Assembly: GCA_964016885.1 (NCBI GenBank) | Contig: OZ024745.1 | Span: 60,574,001 to 60,638,000 of the forward strand | DNA: 64,000 bases | Source of the DNA: Eledone cirrhosa | Taxonomy: Eukaryota | Reading direction: 5' to 3' | Part shown: piece by piece, positions 1-14,232 of the stretch | Layout of the letters: the number at the start of each line of letters is the position of its first letter | How positions within the stretch are numbered: the first letter of the stretch is position 1 | Notes under the pieces: model-generated | Told to the model about the DNA's origin: nothing | The model's input: only the letters and a program-made list of their open reading frames with translations | Database searches by the model: none | Translations under genes and position numbers: made by a program

Positions 1-574
1 TGTTGCAAATAGTCAATGTACCTGCATCACAAAATTCAAGAAGTCTCACTCCTTTTTCATTTCTTGAACCGTAACCGTGCCCACCATGTACCCCAGTGTA
101 ATCATCCTGGAGCTGTCCAACATGACCATTGAAGTCTCCTGCTAGCATAACGATGTCTCCGTCTTCTGTCATTGCGGTTGTTTGCAAAAGTTGCTCGTAA
201 AAGCAGTCTTTCTCATCTTTGCCTAGGCCTGCTTGGGGAGCATAGGCCGAGATGATTGTCAGTAGTCTCCTACCTACAACTAATCTAAGCTTAATTATTC
301 GATTACTAACTCGAACTACCTCTATTGTCTTATTGATCCATTTCTCAGCCAGGAAAATGCCTACTCCCCCTAACCCATCATCCTTACCTACCCAGAATAG
401 CTTATAGCTAAGACGTTTGCCTACGACTAGTCTCGCAGAGGCACCTCTCCATCTCACCTCTTGCACGCAGCACACATCCACCTGCCTTCTCTCCAGCATC
501 TCTGCTATTTCAGCAGATCTACCTCTGAGAGTGCCAACATTAAGTGTTGCAACTCTGAGATGCGACGTCTTCAT
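1..574 (-). mobile_element. 5' part of an RTE-clade LINE ORF (APE endonuclease domain), running off the left edge
   Basis: Manual translation from ATG at 574: MKTSHLRVATLNVGTLRGRSAEIAEMLERRQVDVCCVQEVRWRG...SAYAPQ...AGDFNGHVG...RLLEFCDA, collinear with the N-terminus of ORF 14233-17352. It is missing from the ORF track because no stop lies inside the window. Confidence 0.88.
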
Positions 575-987
575 ATTTTGTTGTTGTTCCTATTTGTTGC
601 TGTGCTGATAAGCGTTTTGGCATTGATACACTGGTTGGATGCCCTTCCTAACACCAGCACTTTGCAGCTTGGACTGGGTGCTTTTATTTGTGCCACCAGC
701 ACTAGAGAGGATGTCTTACTAGACTCAAGGGCCCTCTCTACCCCTCCATTTTACAGCATGGTCATAAAAAATTAAAAAAAACAAAAAAAAACATGGATAT
801 AAAGTAGTGGCCGTATATATATATATATATATATATACCTCCCCATCTCACCTATATATATATATACATAGATATATATATCTATACCTCTCCATCTCAC
901 CTATATATATATATACATATACATATATATATATACATATATATACATATATATACATATATATATACATATATATATATATATACA

Positions 988-1322
988 GGAGGCACATGGC
1001 TTAGTGGTTAGAGCATTGGACTTGCAATCGAAAGGTTATGAGTTCAATTCTCAGACCGGGTGATGTGTTGTTTCGTTGAGCAAGACACTTCATTTCACAT
1101 TGCTCCAGTTTACTCAGCTGTAGAAATGAGATGATAGGGACTGCGGTCCCTATCATTCCACTGCAAAGTGGTCGTGGAGGGGCCACAGCAAAAAAGCACC
1201 CAGCACTCACTGTAAATGAGGTTGGTGTTAGGAATAGCATGCAGCTGTAGAAATCAAGCCAGAATCAGTTCCCGTCCCACCCTTGCAAGCAGGGAAAAAC
1301 CGGACGTAAAATGAAATGATGA
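988..1322 (+). mobile_element. tRNA-derived SINE, family A (CORE-like body, RTE-derived tail)
   Basis: A box TGGCTTAGTGG, B box GAGTTCAATTC, CORE-like TTGAGCAAGACACTT, tail matching RTE 3' ends and ending in GAT repeats; close copy at 26445-26769. Confidence 0.85.
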
Positions 1323-1377
1323 GATATATATATATAGATATATATATATATATCTATATATATATATATATATATAT

Positions 1378-1983
1378 GGTGGCTGCCAACTCGTTTTCGA
1401 GTACGGCCACTACTTTATATCCATGTAGGAGAACCCCTACCGATGCGCTGAACGAGTGTGACTTTTTAGTCCAGCCAGCGACTTGAAAACTCTGGATCAA
1501 ACACTACACCTGTGACAATTACTGACACATAGTGCTGGGCCCATGGTACCATGTGATGACAAGTGTAGAGAGATCTCCAGATATAAAGCAATGCCTGTGC
1601 CGTGAAGCTTTTATAGTGAGCAAAGGCACTGCACAAAGCCAGTCCCACTCTCTTAACCAAGATGATATTTACCAAAAAGAAGAACAAGTCAACATCATTG
1701 GATACCATCAGGGTTGCAGGTGTTATATCAGAGTTTTCCTTCTCCTAGATCTGCCTTGACAAAGGCTAAGGGGTCATCTCTCCCGGTGATTTTGGATGGC
1801 CATTGACTCTTAAGAGCTCCTTTGCCCTTTGACAAGTTTTGTTTTTAGTCCTGCAGGATGTCCAAAGTCACGCTCCTCACCAAGAAACCTTGGTGGGGTT
1901 GCCAGTTTAGTCGCCAACGACCCGACCATGGGACAGGTTGTACTGGGATACATGTTACCAGTAGCACCAACTGGTGACCTGAC
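1378..1983 (-). mobile_element. Non-coding dispersed repeat, probably a non-autonomous LINE derivative, in (TA)n
   Basis: Shares CTTGGTGAGGAG, GCACAGGCATTGCT and a terminal hairpin ACTCG-n-CGAGTT-GCAGCCA(C/T)CAT with 26002-26433 (+); the same terminal motif ends the LINE remnant at ~59410-59438. Confidence 0.5.
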
Positions 1984-2015
1984 ATATATACATATATATA
2001 CATATATATATATAC

Positions 2016-2112
<97 letters not shown>

Positions 2113-3487
2113 CTGTATATATATATGCTGTATATATATATACCGTATATATATATATACCGTATATATATACTGTATATATATATATAGAGAGAGAGAG
2201 GGGGGGGGGAGATAATTAAATGTGGTACAAGTAAAGACAAAGCGTACGTGCTTTTATATATATGAACTGAATCTTCCTCAATTGACCGACCAAGCTTCAA
2301 ATGAATAAATATAAATACAAAAATGAATAAACAAATTTTTAACGTCATGAAAGGGAAGGGGAGACAAATCCCTGATCTGGATAATTTATCTTTAAAAATG
2401 GAAAGGACAATGGTTGTTTTAACACCTGGTCTTATTTAACAAATAATGGCGCCAATTGCAATATATTTTCTTTCACCTCCCACCTCCTTCACTTCTACAC
2501 TAACACTTCATACAAATATCACATTTTTTTTTCTTAGTCCCTTAGCACTTATTTTCCTCTTCTCTATGCCTGCATGTCATTTATATAAATACACGCACAA
2601 ACACATATATTTATATGATATAGATATATGTGTGTGTCTGTGTGTGTATATATATATACATATATATATATATGTATATGTATATAGATACATATATATA
2701 TATATATGTATATATATATGTATATGTATATATATACATATATATGTATGTATATATATACATATATATATATGTATGTATATATATACATATATATGTA
2801 TGTATATATATACATATATATATATGTATATATATACATATATATATATGTATATATATACATATATATGTATGTATATATATACATATATATATATATG
2901 TATGTATATACATATATATATATATGTATCTATATATATACATATATATATGTATATATATACATATATATATGTATATATATACATATATTTACATATA
3001 TTTATGTATATATATATCTATGTATATAGATATATATACATATATATCATATATATATGTATGTATATAGATATATATATATATATACATATATATATGT
3101 ATATATATATGTATGTATATAGATATATATACATATATATACATATATATATGTATGTATATAGATATATATATATATATATACATATATATATGTATAT
3201 ATATATGTATGTATATAGATATATATACATATATATATGTATATATATATGTATGTATATAGATATATATACATATATATACATATATATATGTATGTAT
3301 ATAGATATATATACATATATATACATATATATATGTATGTATATAGATATATATACATATATATACATATATATATGTATATATATATGTATGTATATAG
3401 ATATATATACATATATATACATATATATATGTATATATATATATACATATATATATATATGTATATATATATATACATATATATATA

Positions 3488-3645
3488 TTGTTATAATTGG
3501 GGAGGGTCATATTTGCGTAATATTGCCAGAATTAATAACAGAACACACTCACTGTTTGGTTGGTTTTCGCTTCTCGCTGTCTTTTATATCTGCGATCTAA
3601 CTTACTCGATCCTCAATTTCATATAAAAAACCTCGCTAAACTAAT
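3488..3645 (-). mobile_element. 3' tip of the PLE seen at 27152-28020
   Basis: TTGGGGAGGGTCATATTTGCGTAATATTGCCAGAATT...CTTACTCG near-identical to 27153-27281; flanked by (TA)n. Confidence 0.7.
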
Positions 3646-3721
3646 TCATATATATATATGTATGTATATACATACATATATATATATGTATCTATATATA
3701 TATATATGTATATATATATAC

Positions 3722-3762
<41 letters not shown>

Positions 3763-4148
3763 CATATATATATGTATATATATATATATATATACATATA
3801 TATACATATATATATTCAAGTAATAATATTTTCGAAACAGCGAGTGGGTTTGAAATTATATATATGTATATATATTATATATATATATATATATACATAT
3901 ATATATACATATATATACATATATATATGTATATATATATATACATATATATATGTATATATATATATATATAGGAACCAGTAAGACCCCGACAGCTGAG
4001 CTCAAGCCGTTTCGACGGCTAATTCTGGACATATGTATATATATATATATACATATATATATATACATATGTATATATATATATATACATATATATATAC
4101 ATATATATATACATATACATATGTATATATATATATGCATATATATAC

Positions 4149-4180
<32 letters not shown>

Positions 4181-4340
4181 GCATATATATACATATATAT
4201 ATATACATATATATATATGTATATATATGCATATATATGTATATATATATATGCATATATATACATATATATATATACATATATATGCATATATATACAT
4301 ATATATATGCATATATATACATATATATGCATATATATAC

Positions 4341-4372
<32 letters not shown>

Positions 4373-4374
4373 GC

Positions 4375-4437
<63 letters not shown>

Positions 4438-4460
4438 TATATATACATATATATATATAC

Positions 4461-4495
<35 letters not shown>

Positions 4496-4748
4496 CATAT
4501 ATATATGTATATATATATACATATATATATGTATATATATATACATATATATGTATATATATATATGTATCTATATATATATACATATATATATATATAT
4601 CTATATATATATACATATATATATGTATATATAAATATACATATATATATGTATATATATATACATATATATATGTATATATATATACATATATATATGT
4701 ATATGTATATATGTGTATATATATGTATATATATATTATATACATATA

Positions 4749-4810
<62 letters not shown>

Positions 4811-4931
4811 TGTATATATATATATACACACATATATATGTATATATATATATATATATATACACATATTTATGTATATATATATATATATACACATATA
4901 TATCTATATATATATATATATATATATAAAC

Positions 4932-4962
<31 letters not shown>

Positions 4963-4973
4963 TATATATACAC

Positions 4974-5025
4974 ATCATCATCGTCATTTTACGTCCGCTT
5001 TTCCCAGCTTGTAAGGGTGGGACTC
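4974..5025 (-). mobile_element. ~50-bp extreme 3' tip of an RTE or family A SINE in (TA)n
   Basis: CATCATCATCGTCATTTTACGTCCGCTTTTCCCAGCTTGTAAGGGTGGGAC matches 10655-10704. Confidence 0.8.
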
Positions 5026-5027
5026 AC

Positions 5028-5061
<34 letters not shown>

Positions 5062-5154
5062 ACATATATATACATATATATATGTATATGTATATATATA
5101 TACATATATATATGTATATATATGTATATATACATATATATACATATATATATG

Positions 5155-5206
<52 letters not shown>

Positions 5207-5212
5207 CATATA

Positions 5213-5244
<32 letters not shown>

Positions 5245-5250
5245 CATATA

Positions 5251-5302
<52 letters not shown>

Positions 5303-5440
5303 CATATATATATGTATATATACATATATATATGTATATATACATATATATATGTATATATATATACATATATACATATATATATATACATATATATATG
5401 TATACATATATATATGTATATATATATACATATATATATC

Positions 5441-5486
<46 letters not shown>

Positions 5487-5765
5487 CATATATACATATA
5501 TATATATATACATATATATATGTATATATACATATATATATATATACATATATATATGTATATATACATATATATATATATACATATATATATGTATATA
5601 TACATATATATATGTATATATATATACATATATACATATATATATATACATATATATATGTATACATATATATATGTATATATATATACATATATATATA
5701 TATACATATATGTAGGAGGTGAGTTTTATTGTAGTACAATAAAAGCAATGCAGATATCGGATAAG

Positions 5766-5870
5766 TTATCTGATGAAAACACAAATATTATTGCATGATG
5801 ATGTTTGTTTTTGAAATGCGCATAATAAAATACATGGAACTCCTTTAACCATCTTTTGATCTTATATTAT
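5766..5870 (+). ncRNA. PLE 3' end with type I hammerhead motif (family 1)
   Basis: TTAT-CTGATGA-stem II-GAAA-TGCGCA-TA-ATAA, followed by the same terminus as 39018-39124 and 41965-42069. Stem I is shortened by 5' truncation. Confidence 0.75.
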
Positions 5871-5880
5871 ATACATATAT

Positions 5881-6070
5881 AGGGCGGTGGATTGCCAGTA
5901 TCAGTAGAGGGTCGGACGCCATGCTTTCCAGCATAGTTACGTCCCTTTCCGATCTGAGTTCAAATCCCGCCGAGGTTGACTTTGCCTTTCATCCTTACGG
6001 GGTCGATAAAATAAAGTACCAGTAATGCACTGGGTATTTGCTGGCCTTGTGCCTAAAGTAGAAACAATTA
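5881..6070 (+). mobile_element. SINE family B (tRNA-like head, GACTTTGCCTTTCATCC...GGGGTCGATAAAATAAAGTACC domain)
   Basis: B box GAGTTCAAATCC; near-identical copies at 31856-32050, 56572-56730, 59545-59710 and 60050-60240. The central domain resembles the Meta/MESC SINE domain from memory (unverified). Confidence 0.85.
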
Positions 6071-6195
6071 TATACATATATATATATATACATATATATA
6101 TGTATACATATATACATATATACATATGTATATGTATACATATATATATATATACATATGTATATGTATACATATATATATGTATATATATATAC

Positions 6196-6270
<75 letters not shown>

Positions 6271-6361
6271 CATATATATACATACATATATATATATATA
6301 TACATATATATACATACATATATATATATATACATATATATACATACATATATATATATAC

Positions 6362-6395
<34 letters not shown>

Positions 6396-6429
6396 GCATA
6401 TATACATATATATATATATACATATATAC

Positions 6430-6854
<425 letters not shown>

Positions 6855-6855
6855 C

Positions 6856-6912
<57 letters not shown>

Positions 6913-6917
6913 CATAC

Positions 6918-6958
<41 letters not shown>

Positions 6959-6971
6959 CATATATATATAC

Positions 6972-7064
<93 letters not shown>

Positions 7065-7093
7065 CATATATATATACATATATATATATATAC

Positions 7094-7124
<31 letters not shown>

Positions 7125-7125
7125 C

Positions 7126-7238
<113 letters not shown>

Positions 7239-7239
7239 C

Positions 7240-7272
<33 letters not shown>

Positions 7273-7273
7273 C

Positions 7274-7304
<31 letters not shown>

Positions 7305-7345
7305 CATATATATACATATATATATATATATATACATATATATAC

Positions 7346-7398
<53 letters not shown>

Positions 7399-7404
7399 TA
7401 TACA

Positions 7405-7444
<40 letters not shown>

Positions 7445-7445
7445 C

Positions 7446-7498
<53 letters not shown>

Positions 7499-7499
7499 C

Positions 7500-7530
<31 letters not shown>

Positions 7531-7531
7531 C

Positions 7532-7564
<33 letters not shown>

Positions 7565-7585
7565 CATATATATATACATATATAC

Positions 7586-7636
<51 letters not shown>

Positions 7637-7637
7637 C

Positions 7638-7670
<33 letters not shown>

Positions 7671-7671
7671 C

Positions 7672-7762
<91 letters not shown>

Positions 7763-7770
7763 CTTACATA

Positions 7771-7920
<150 letters not shown>

Positions 7921-7926
7921 CATATA

Positions 7927-8092
<166 letters not shown>

Positions 8093-8093
8093 C

Positions 8094-8252
<159 letters not shown>

Positions 8253-8539
8253 CATATATATATACATATATATACATATATACATATATATATATACATA
8301 CATATATATATATACATATATACATACATATATACATATATATACATATATACATATATATATATATACATACATATATATATATACATATATACATATA
8401 TATACATATATACATATATATACATATATACATATATATACATATATATATACATATATATACATATATATACATATATATATACATATATATACATATA
8501 TATACATATATATACATATGTATACATATATATATATAC

Positions 8540-8570
<31 letters not shown>

Positions 8571-8804
8571 CATATATATACATATATATATATATATATA
8601 CATATATATACATATATATATATATATATACATATATATATACATATATATATATATACATATATATACATATATACATATATACATATATATACATATA
8701 TATATATATATACATATATATACATATATACATATATACATATATATACATATATATATATTCATATATATATGTATATATATATACATATATTTATATA
8801 TACA

Positions 8805-9471
8805 TAACTCACGGTTGGGTGTGGATGCATTCATGTATATGTGTGTGTCCGCATGTATCTGTGTGTTTCTAAATATATTGTTCATAACTCCCTCTGGTTG
8901 AGTAATCTTTGAAGTGTGGTGACTGCTGGAAAGCTGCCATTACTCATACTTCTCGCCTCCTTCACCACTCTTCTACGGCTTCGATATAAATACCCCCTCC
9001 GCCTCCGTGGTATTTTCTTCGGGGTTATAAGAGGCTTAGCTCTGTTTCTCGACCGTTATATCGCGTGACTATCTCCCCCTCCGCCTTTTGGGATTCTTTC
9101 TCACGTCGTGTAGACGCGTTCTTGAAGCTAGTAAAATGAGGTATCCTCTTGATAAGTCGGCAGACCTCGCAAAGACTCTATATCTTTATGATGTATTGTT
9201 TTTGTTTATGCCACGAAACTACGTAGTCGAGGAATCTAGGAACAGTTTAGGTATGATACATTTTATTACTAATTATATCTAAATGTTTCTTCTCTCTTCA
9301 TAATGTATTTTTAACTCAGATACTGGTTCATTCTAGTTCAACCGGATTGGTCTGTCCCAGTCATTCATTGAGCAACATCGGTAAGGTTGGCACCATTAAC
9401 TCACAGTTGGGTGTGGATGCATTCATGTATATGTGTGTGTCCGCATGTATCTGTGTGTTTCTAAATATATT
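8805..9471 (+). mobile_element. 592-bp unit with 75-bp terminal direct repeat and a degenerate hammerhead (PLE pseudo-LTR or retrozyme-like)
   Basis: 8805-8879 equals 9397-9471 with one mismatch. At 9144-9233: TCCTC-TTGATAA-GTCGGCA...TGCCAC-GAAAC-TACGTA-GTC-GAGGA. Both flanks are (TA)n. Confidence 0.6.
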
Positions 9472-9486
9472 ATATATATATATATG

Positions 9487-9611
<125 letters not shown>

Positions 9612-9618
9612 GTATACA

Positions 9619-9653
<35 letters not shown>

Positions 9654-9714
9654 GTATACATATATATATATTTATATATATATATGTATACATATATATA
9701 TATATGTATACATA

Positions 9715-9767
<53 letters not shown>

Positions 9768-9825
9768 GTATACATATATATATATTTATATATATATATG
9801 TATACATATATATATATATATATGT

Positions 9826-9885
<60 letters not shown>

Positions 9886-9968
9886 GTATACATATATATA
9901 TATTTATATATATATATATGTATACATATATATATAGATATATATATAGATATATATATATATATATG

Positions 9969-10028
<60 letters not shown>

Positions 10029-10142
10029 ACATATATATATATATATATATATATATGTATACATATATATATATATATATATATGTATACATATATATAT
10101 ATATATATATATGTATACATATATATATATATATATATATGT

Positions 10143-10232
<90 letters not shown>

Positions 10233-10258
10233 ACATATATATATATATATATATATGT

Positions 10259-10436
<178 letters not shown>

Positions 10437-10566
10437 ACATATATATATATATATATGTATATATATGTATACATATATATATATATGTATATATATGTAT
10501 ACATATATATATATATATATGTATATATATGTATACATATATATATATATGTATATATATGTATAC

Positions 10567-10644
<78 letters not shown>

Positions 10645-12192
10645 CATCATCATCATCATCATCATCATTTTACGTCCGCTTTTCCCTGCTTGCAAGGGTG
10701 GGACGGGTCTTATTCAGCACAGCATCTCTCCACTCGTCACGGTCCCTCGTCATCTCCGTGAGCTTCAATGATCTGAGGTCTGTTCTCACCACCTCCGCCC
10801 ATGTTTTTCGTGGTCTACCTCTACCACGTCTTCCTTCAACTGGCATTTCCTGGCACTTCTTCACCGATCGGTCATCCTCCATGCGCATCACATGTCCATA
10901 CCACCTCAGTCTCCTCTCCCGTACACTACATTCTATCCCTCTCAGACACAGTTTCTCTTTCAACACATTTATGCTGGGTCGTTCACGCACATTTACACTG
11001 CACATCCAATGGAGTATGCTTGCCTCATTTCTCTCCAGCCGTCGCATATCCTCTGCGGTTGCTGCAGTTGCCGCATATCCTCTGCGGTTGCCGCATATCC
11101 TCTGTCTCACTACCATACAGCATCGCGCTCCTCACACAGGCATCATACAACCGGTTTTTCGTACGCAGGGAGAAACCCTTCTTCATCAACAGAGGAAGCA
11201 GCTCCCTAAACTTCTTCCAACCCGTCCTTATTCTAGATACTATGGTCTCGGAACACCCTCCTCCCATGTTAATCTGATCTCCTAGGTACCGGAAGCTATC
11301 CACCACTTCTATAGTGCCCTCTCGCATTTGAAAAATGTGTCTATCAGTGCGACTTCTACTGTCTAATTTCCCTGTACATCTACTGCATACATATTTCTCC
11401 CTACCTGTTAGTTTGCCTGCTATCCCTCTACATCTCTTGTGTACCCAGGATCTGCATTGTGTGCATTTTATAGAATTTATGCCAGTTCCTTTTCTGCATA
11501 TCGAACATGGCCATTTCCCTGACGGAATCAGGGTTTTGTCCTCTTTTCTACTCATCAACACTTTTGTCTTAGCTAGATTCACTCTCAGTCCTCTTGCTTC
11601 CAACTGCTGTTTCCATAGCCGGAATTTATTCTCTAGCTCCTCTACTGATTCTGCTATAAGAGCCAGATCGTCAGCATAGAGAAGTTCCCATGGACAGCCA
11701 GTCTTAAACTCCTCTGTTATGGCTTGGAGGACTATAATGAACAAGAGCGGGCTGAGGACCGAACCCTGATGTACTCCTACTTGTATCTGGAATTCCTCAC
11801 TAAACTCCATTCCTACCCTGACTTTACTGAGAGTACCTCTGTACAAAGTTTGCACTGTCCTCACAAGCCATTCCTCAACACCCAGCTTCCTTAGGGACCA
11901 CCAGATGACAGATCGGGGTACCCTATCAAAGGCCTTCTCTAGGTCAACAAAGGCTAAGTATAGTGGCTTACTTTTCTCTAAGAACCTCTCTTGCATTTGT
12001 CTCACCAAGAAGAGGGCATCTGTTGTACTCTTCCCAGGCACAAAACCAAACTGCATCTCATCTAGTTTGACCCTTTCTCTAATTAGTTGTGCTAAAATCC
12101 TTTCTGCCACTTTCATAACCTGATCTATCAGTTTTATACCCCTATAATTGTTCCTCTCCAAAGCATCCCCTTTACCTTTGTAGCAATTTATG
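10645..12192 (-). mobile_element. 5'-truncated RTE LINE (subfamily 2), RT to C-terminus, frameshifted
   Basis: [30 protein letters not shown] and YADDLAL motifs; small internal duplication at ~11040-11100 shifts the frame; (GAT)n tail; both ends in (TA)n. Confidence 0.93.
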
Positions 12193-12212
12193 AGAATATA
12201 TATATATATGTA

Positions 12213-12253
<41 letters not shown>

Positions 12254-12254
12254 G

Positions 12255-12285
<31 letters not shown>

Positions 12286-12398
12286 GTATACATATATATA
12301 TATGAATATATATATATGTATATGAATTCGTCCATGGATTTTGGGAATTTTACCCGCCCTAGAGAGATATGTATATATATGTGTATATATATATATGT

Positions 12399-12444
<46 letters not shown>

Positions 12445-12453
12445 GTATATATA

Positions 12454-12492
<39 letters not shown>

Positions 12493-12560
12493 CTATATGT
12501 GAATATATATATATATATATATATATGTATACACTATATATGTGTATATATATATATATC

Positions 12561-12593
<33 letters not shown>

Positions 12594-12616
12594 GTGTATA
12601 TATATATATATCTATA

Positions 12617-12666
<50 letters not shown>

Positions 12667-12669
12667 ATA

Positions 12670-13618
12670 TTACCTGGGTGACAAAATCAGCAGTGGGGGA
12701 GGGTGCTCTGAAAGTACAGTAGCTAGAGTCAGAACTGGAGGGAAAAAGTTCAGAGAGCTTATACCACTATTAGCCGCTAAAGGGTTCTCCCTAAAAATGA
12801 AAGGCAGGCTGTATGATGCCTGCATACGAACAGCAATGTTGCATGGCAGTGAGACCTGGGCATTGTGTGCAGAGGATATACACAGACTCGAGAGGAACGA
12901 AGCTTGCATGCTCCGCTGGATGTGTAATAGTAATATACGTGAACGGCAAAGCATAAACGAACTAAGGAAAAAATTAGAAATAAGAGGGATCAGATGTTGT
13001 TTACTCGAGAGAAGGCTACGTTGGTATGGTCACGTGATGTGCATGAAAGACGACAGCTGTATAAAAAAGTGCAGGGCAATAAAAATAGACGGTAGCCACG
13101 GAGTAGGCAGACCCAGAAAAACCTGGGACAACTTGATAAATTCCGACCTCACACACGCCTCTCCAAGACAATGTCACTGGACCAAGATCTTTGGCGCTAC
13201 ACAGTAATAGAGAAGACCCACCTTACCTAAATACAAAGTAAAACCTACTACAGTCAGTAGGCACCTCTAACAAAATACACCCCCGTCCCACTACCCCCAC
13301 TCCATCCACACCACCCCTTTCAATGTAAAGTTATGTTGGTACCACAGCATCCAGGCCGAAACAAATGAGGTCGTGTAGGTGTCAGGACAAAAAAACACAC
13401 AGTCCACGCTGTAATGTGGCTGTGTAGGTAACACGGTAAAAGCCTCCCAGTCCACACTGTAAACGTGGTTGGTGTTGGGAAGGGCATCCAGCCGTAGAAA
13501 ACCCGCCAGACAGTCCTATACGAGCAAGACAACCACTCTTGCCTCAAGTGGGAAAACTCCCGTCCAAACCCATGCAAGCGTGGAATATGGATGTTAAACG
13601 ATGATGATGATGATGATG
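12670..13618 (+). mobile_element. 5'-truncated RTE LINE 3' fragment
   Basis: ORF 12797-13207 (KGRLYDACIRTAMLHGSETW...RRLRWYGHV) closely matches the C-terminus of 14233-17352; 3' UTR has GGAAGGGCATCCAGCCGTAGAAA and a (GAT)n tail. Confidence 0.9.
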
Positions 13619-13627
13619 TATATATAC

Positions 13628-13660
<33 letters not shown>

Positions 13661-14232
13661 TATATATGTATATATACATATATATATATGGTTATATACG
13701 TATAGATACATATATGTATATATACATATATGTATATATACATATATGTATATATACATATATGTATATATACATATATGTATATATACATATATGTATA
13801 TATACATATACATATATATACATATATATATATACATATATATATATGGTTATATACGTATATATACATATATGTATATATACATATATGTATATATACA
13901 TATATGTATATATACATATATGTATATATACATATACGTATCATCATCACCGTTTTACGTCCGTTCTTCCACGCTAGCATGGGTTAGACGGGTTGTCCTG
14001 TTGTGGGCAGTGTCTGGTCGGTTGACCATGCCTTGCTCATACAGGAACTGATCTGGCTTGATTTCTACAGCTGGATGCCCTTCCTAACACCAACCTCATT
14101 TACAGTGAGTGCTGGGTGCTTTTTCGTGGCGCCTACACGTCCACTTTACAGTGTGGGCTGGGTGCTTTTTTGCCGTGGCACCTCCACGACCACCTTGCGG
14201 TGGGGGGGGGGGGGGCATATTGTTTATATGCT

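Noticed and set aside
988-1065. tRNA genes at SINE heads (also 26445 and 52021)
   Set aside because: A/B boxes run into SINE bodies and tails, with no acceptor-stem closure.
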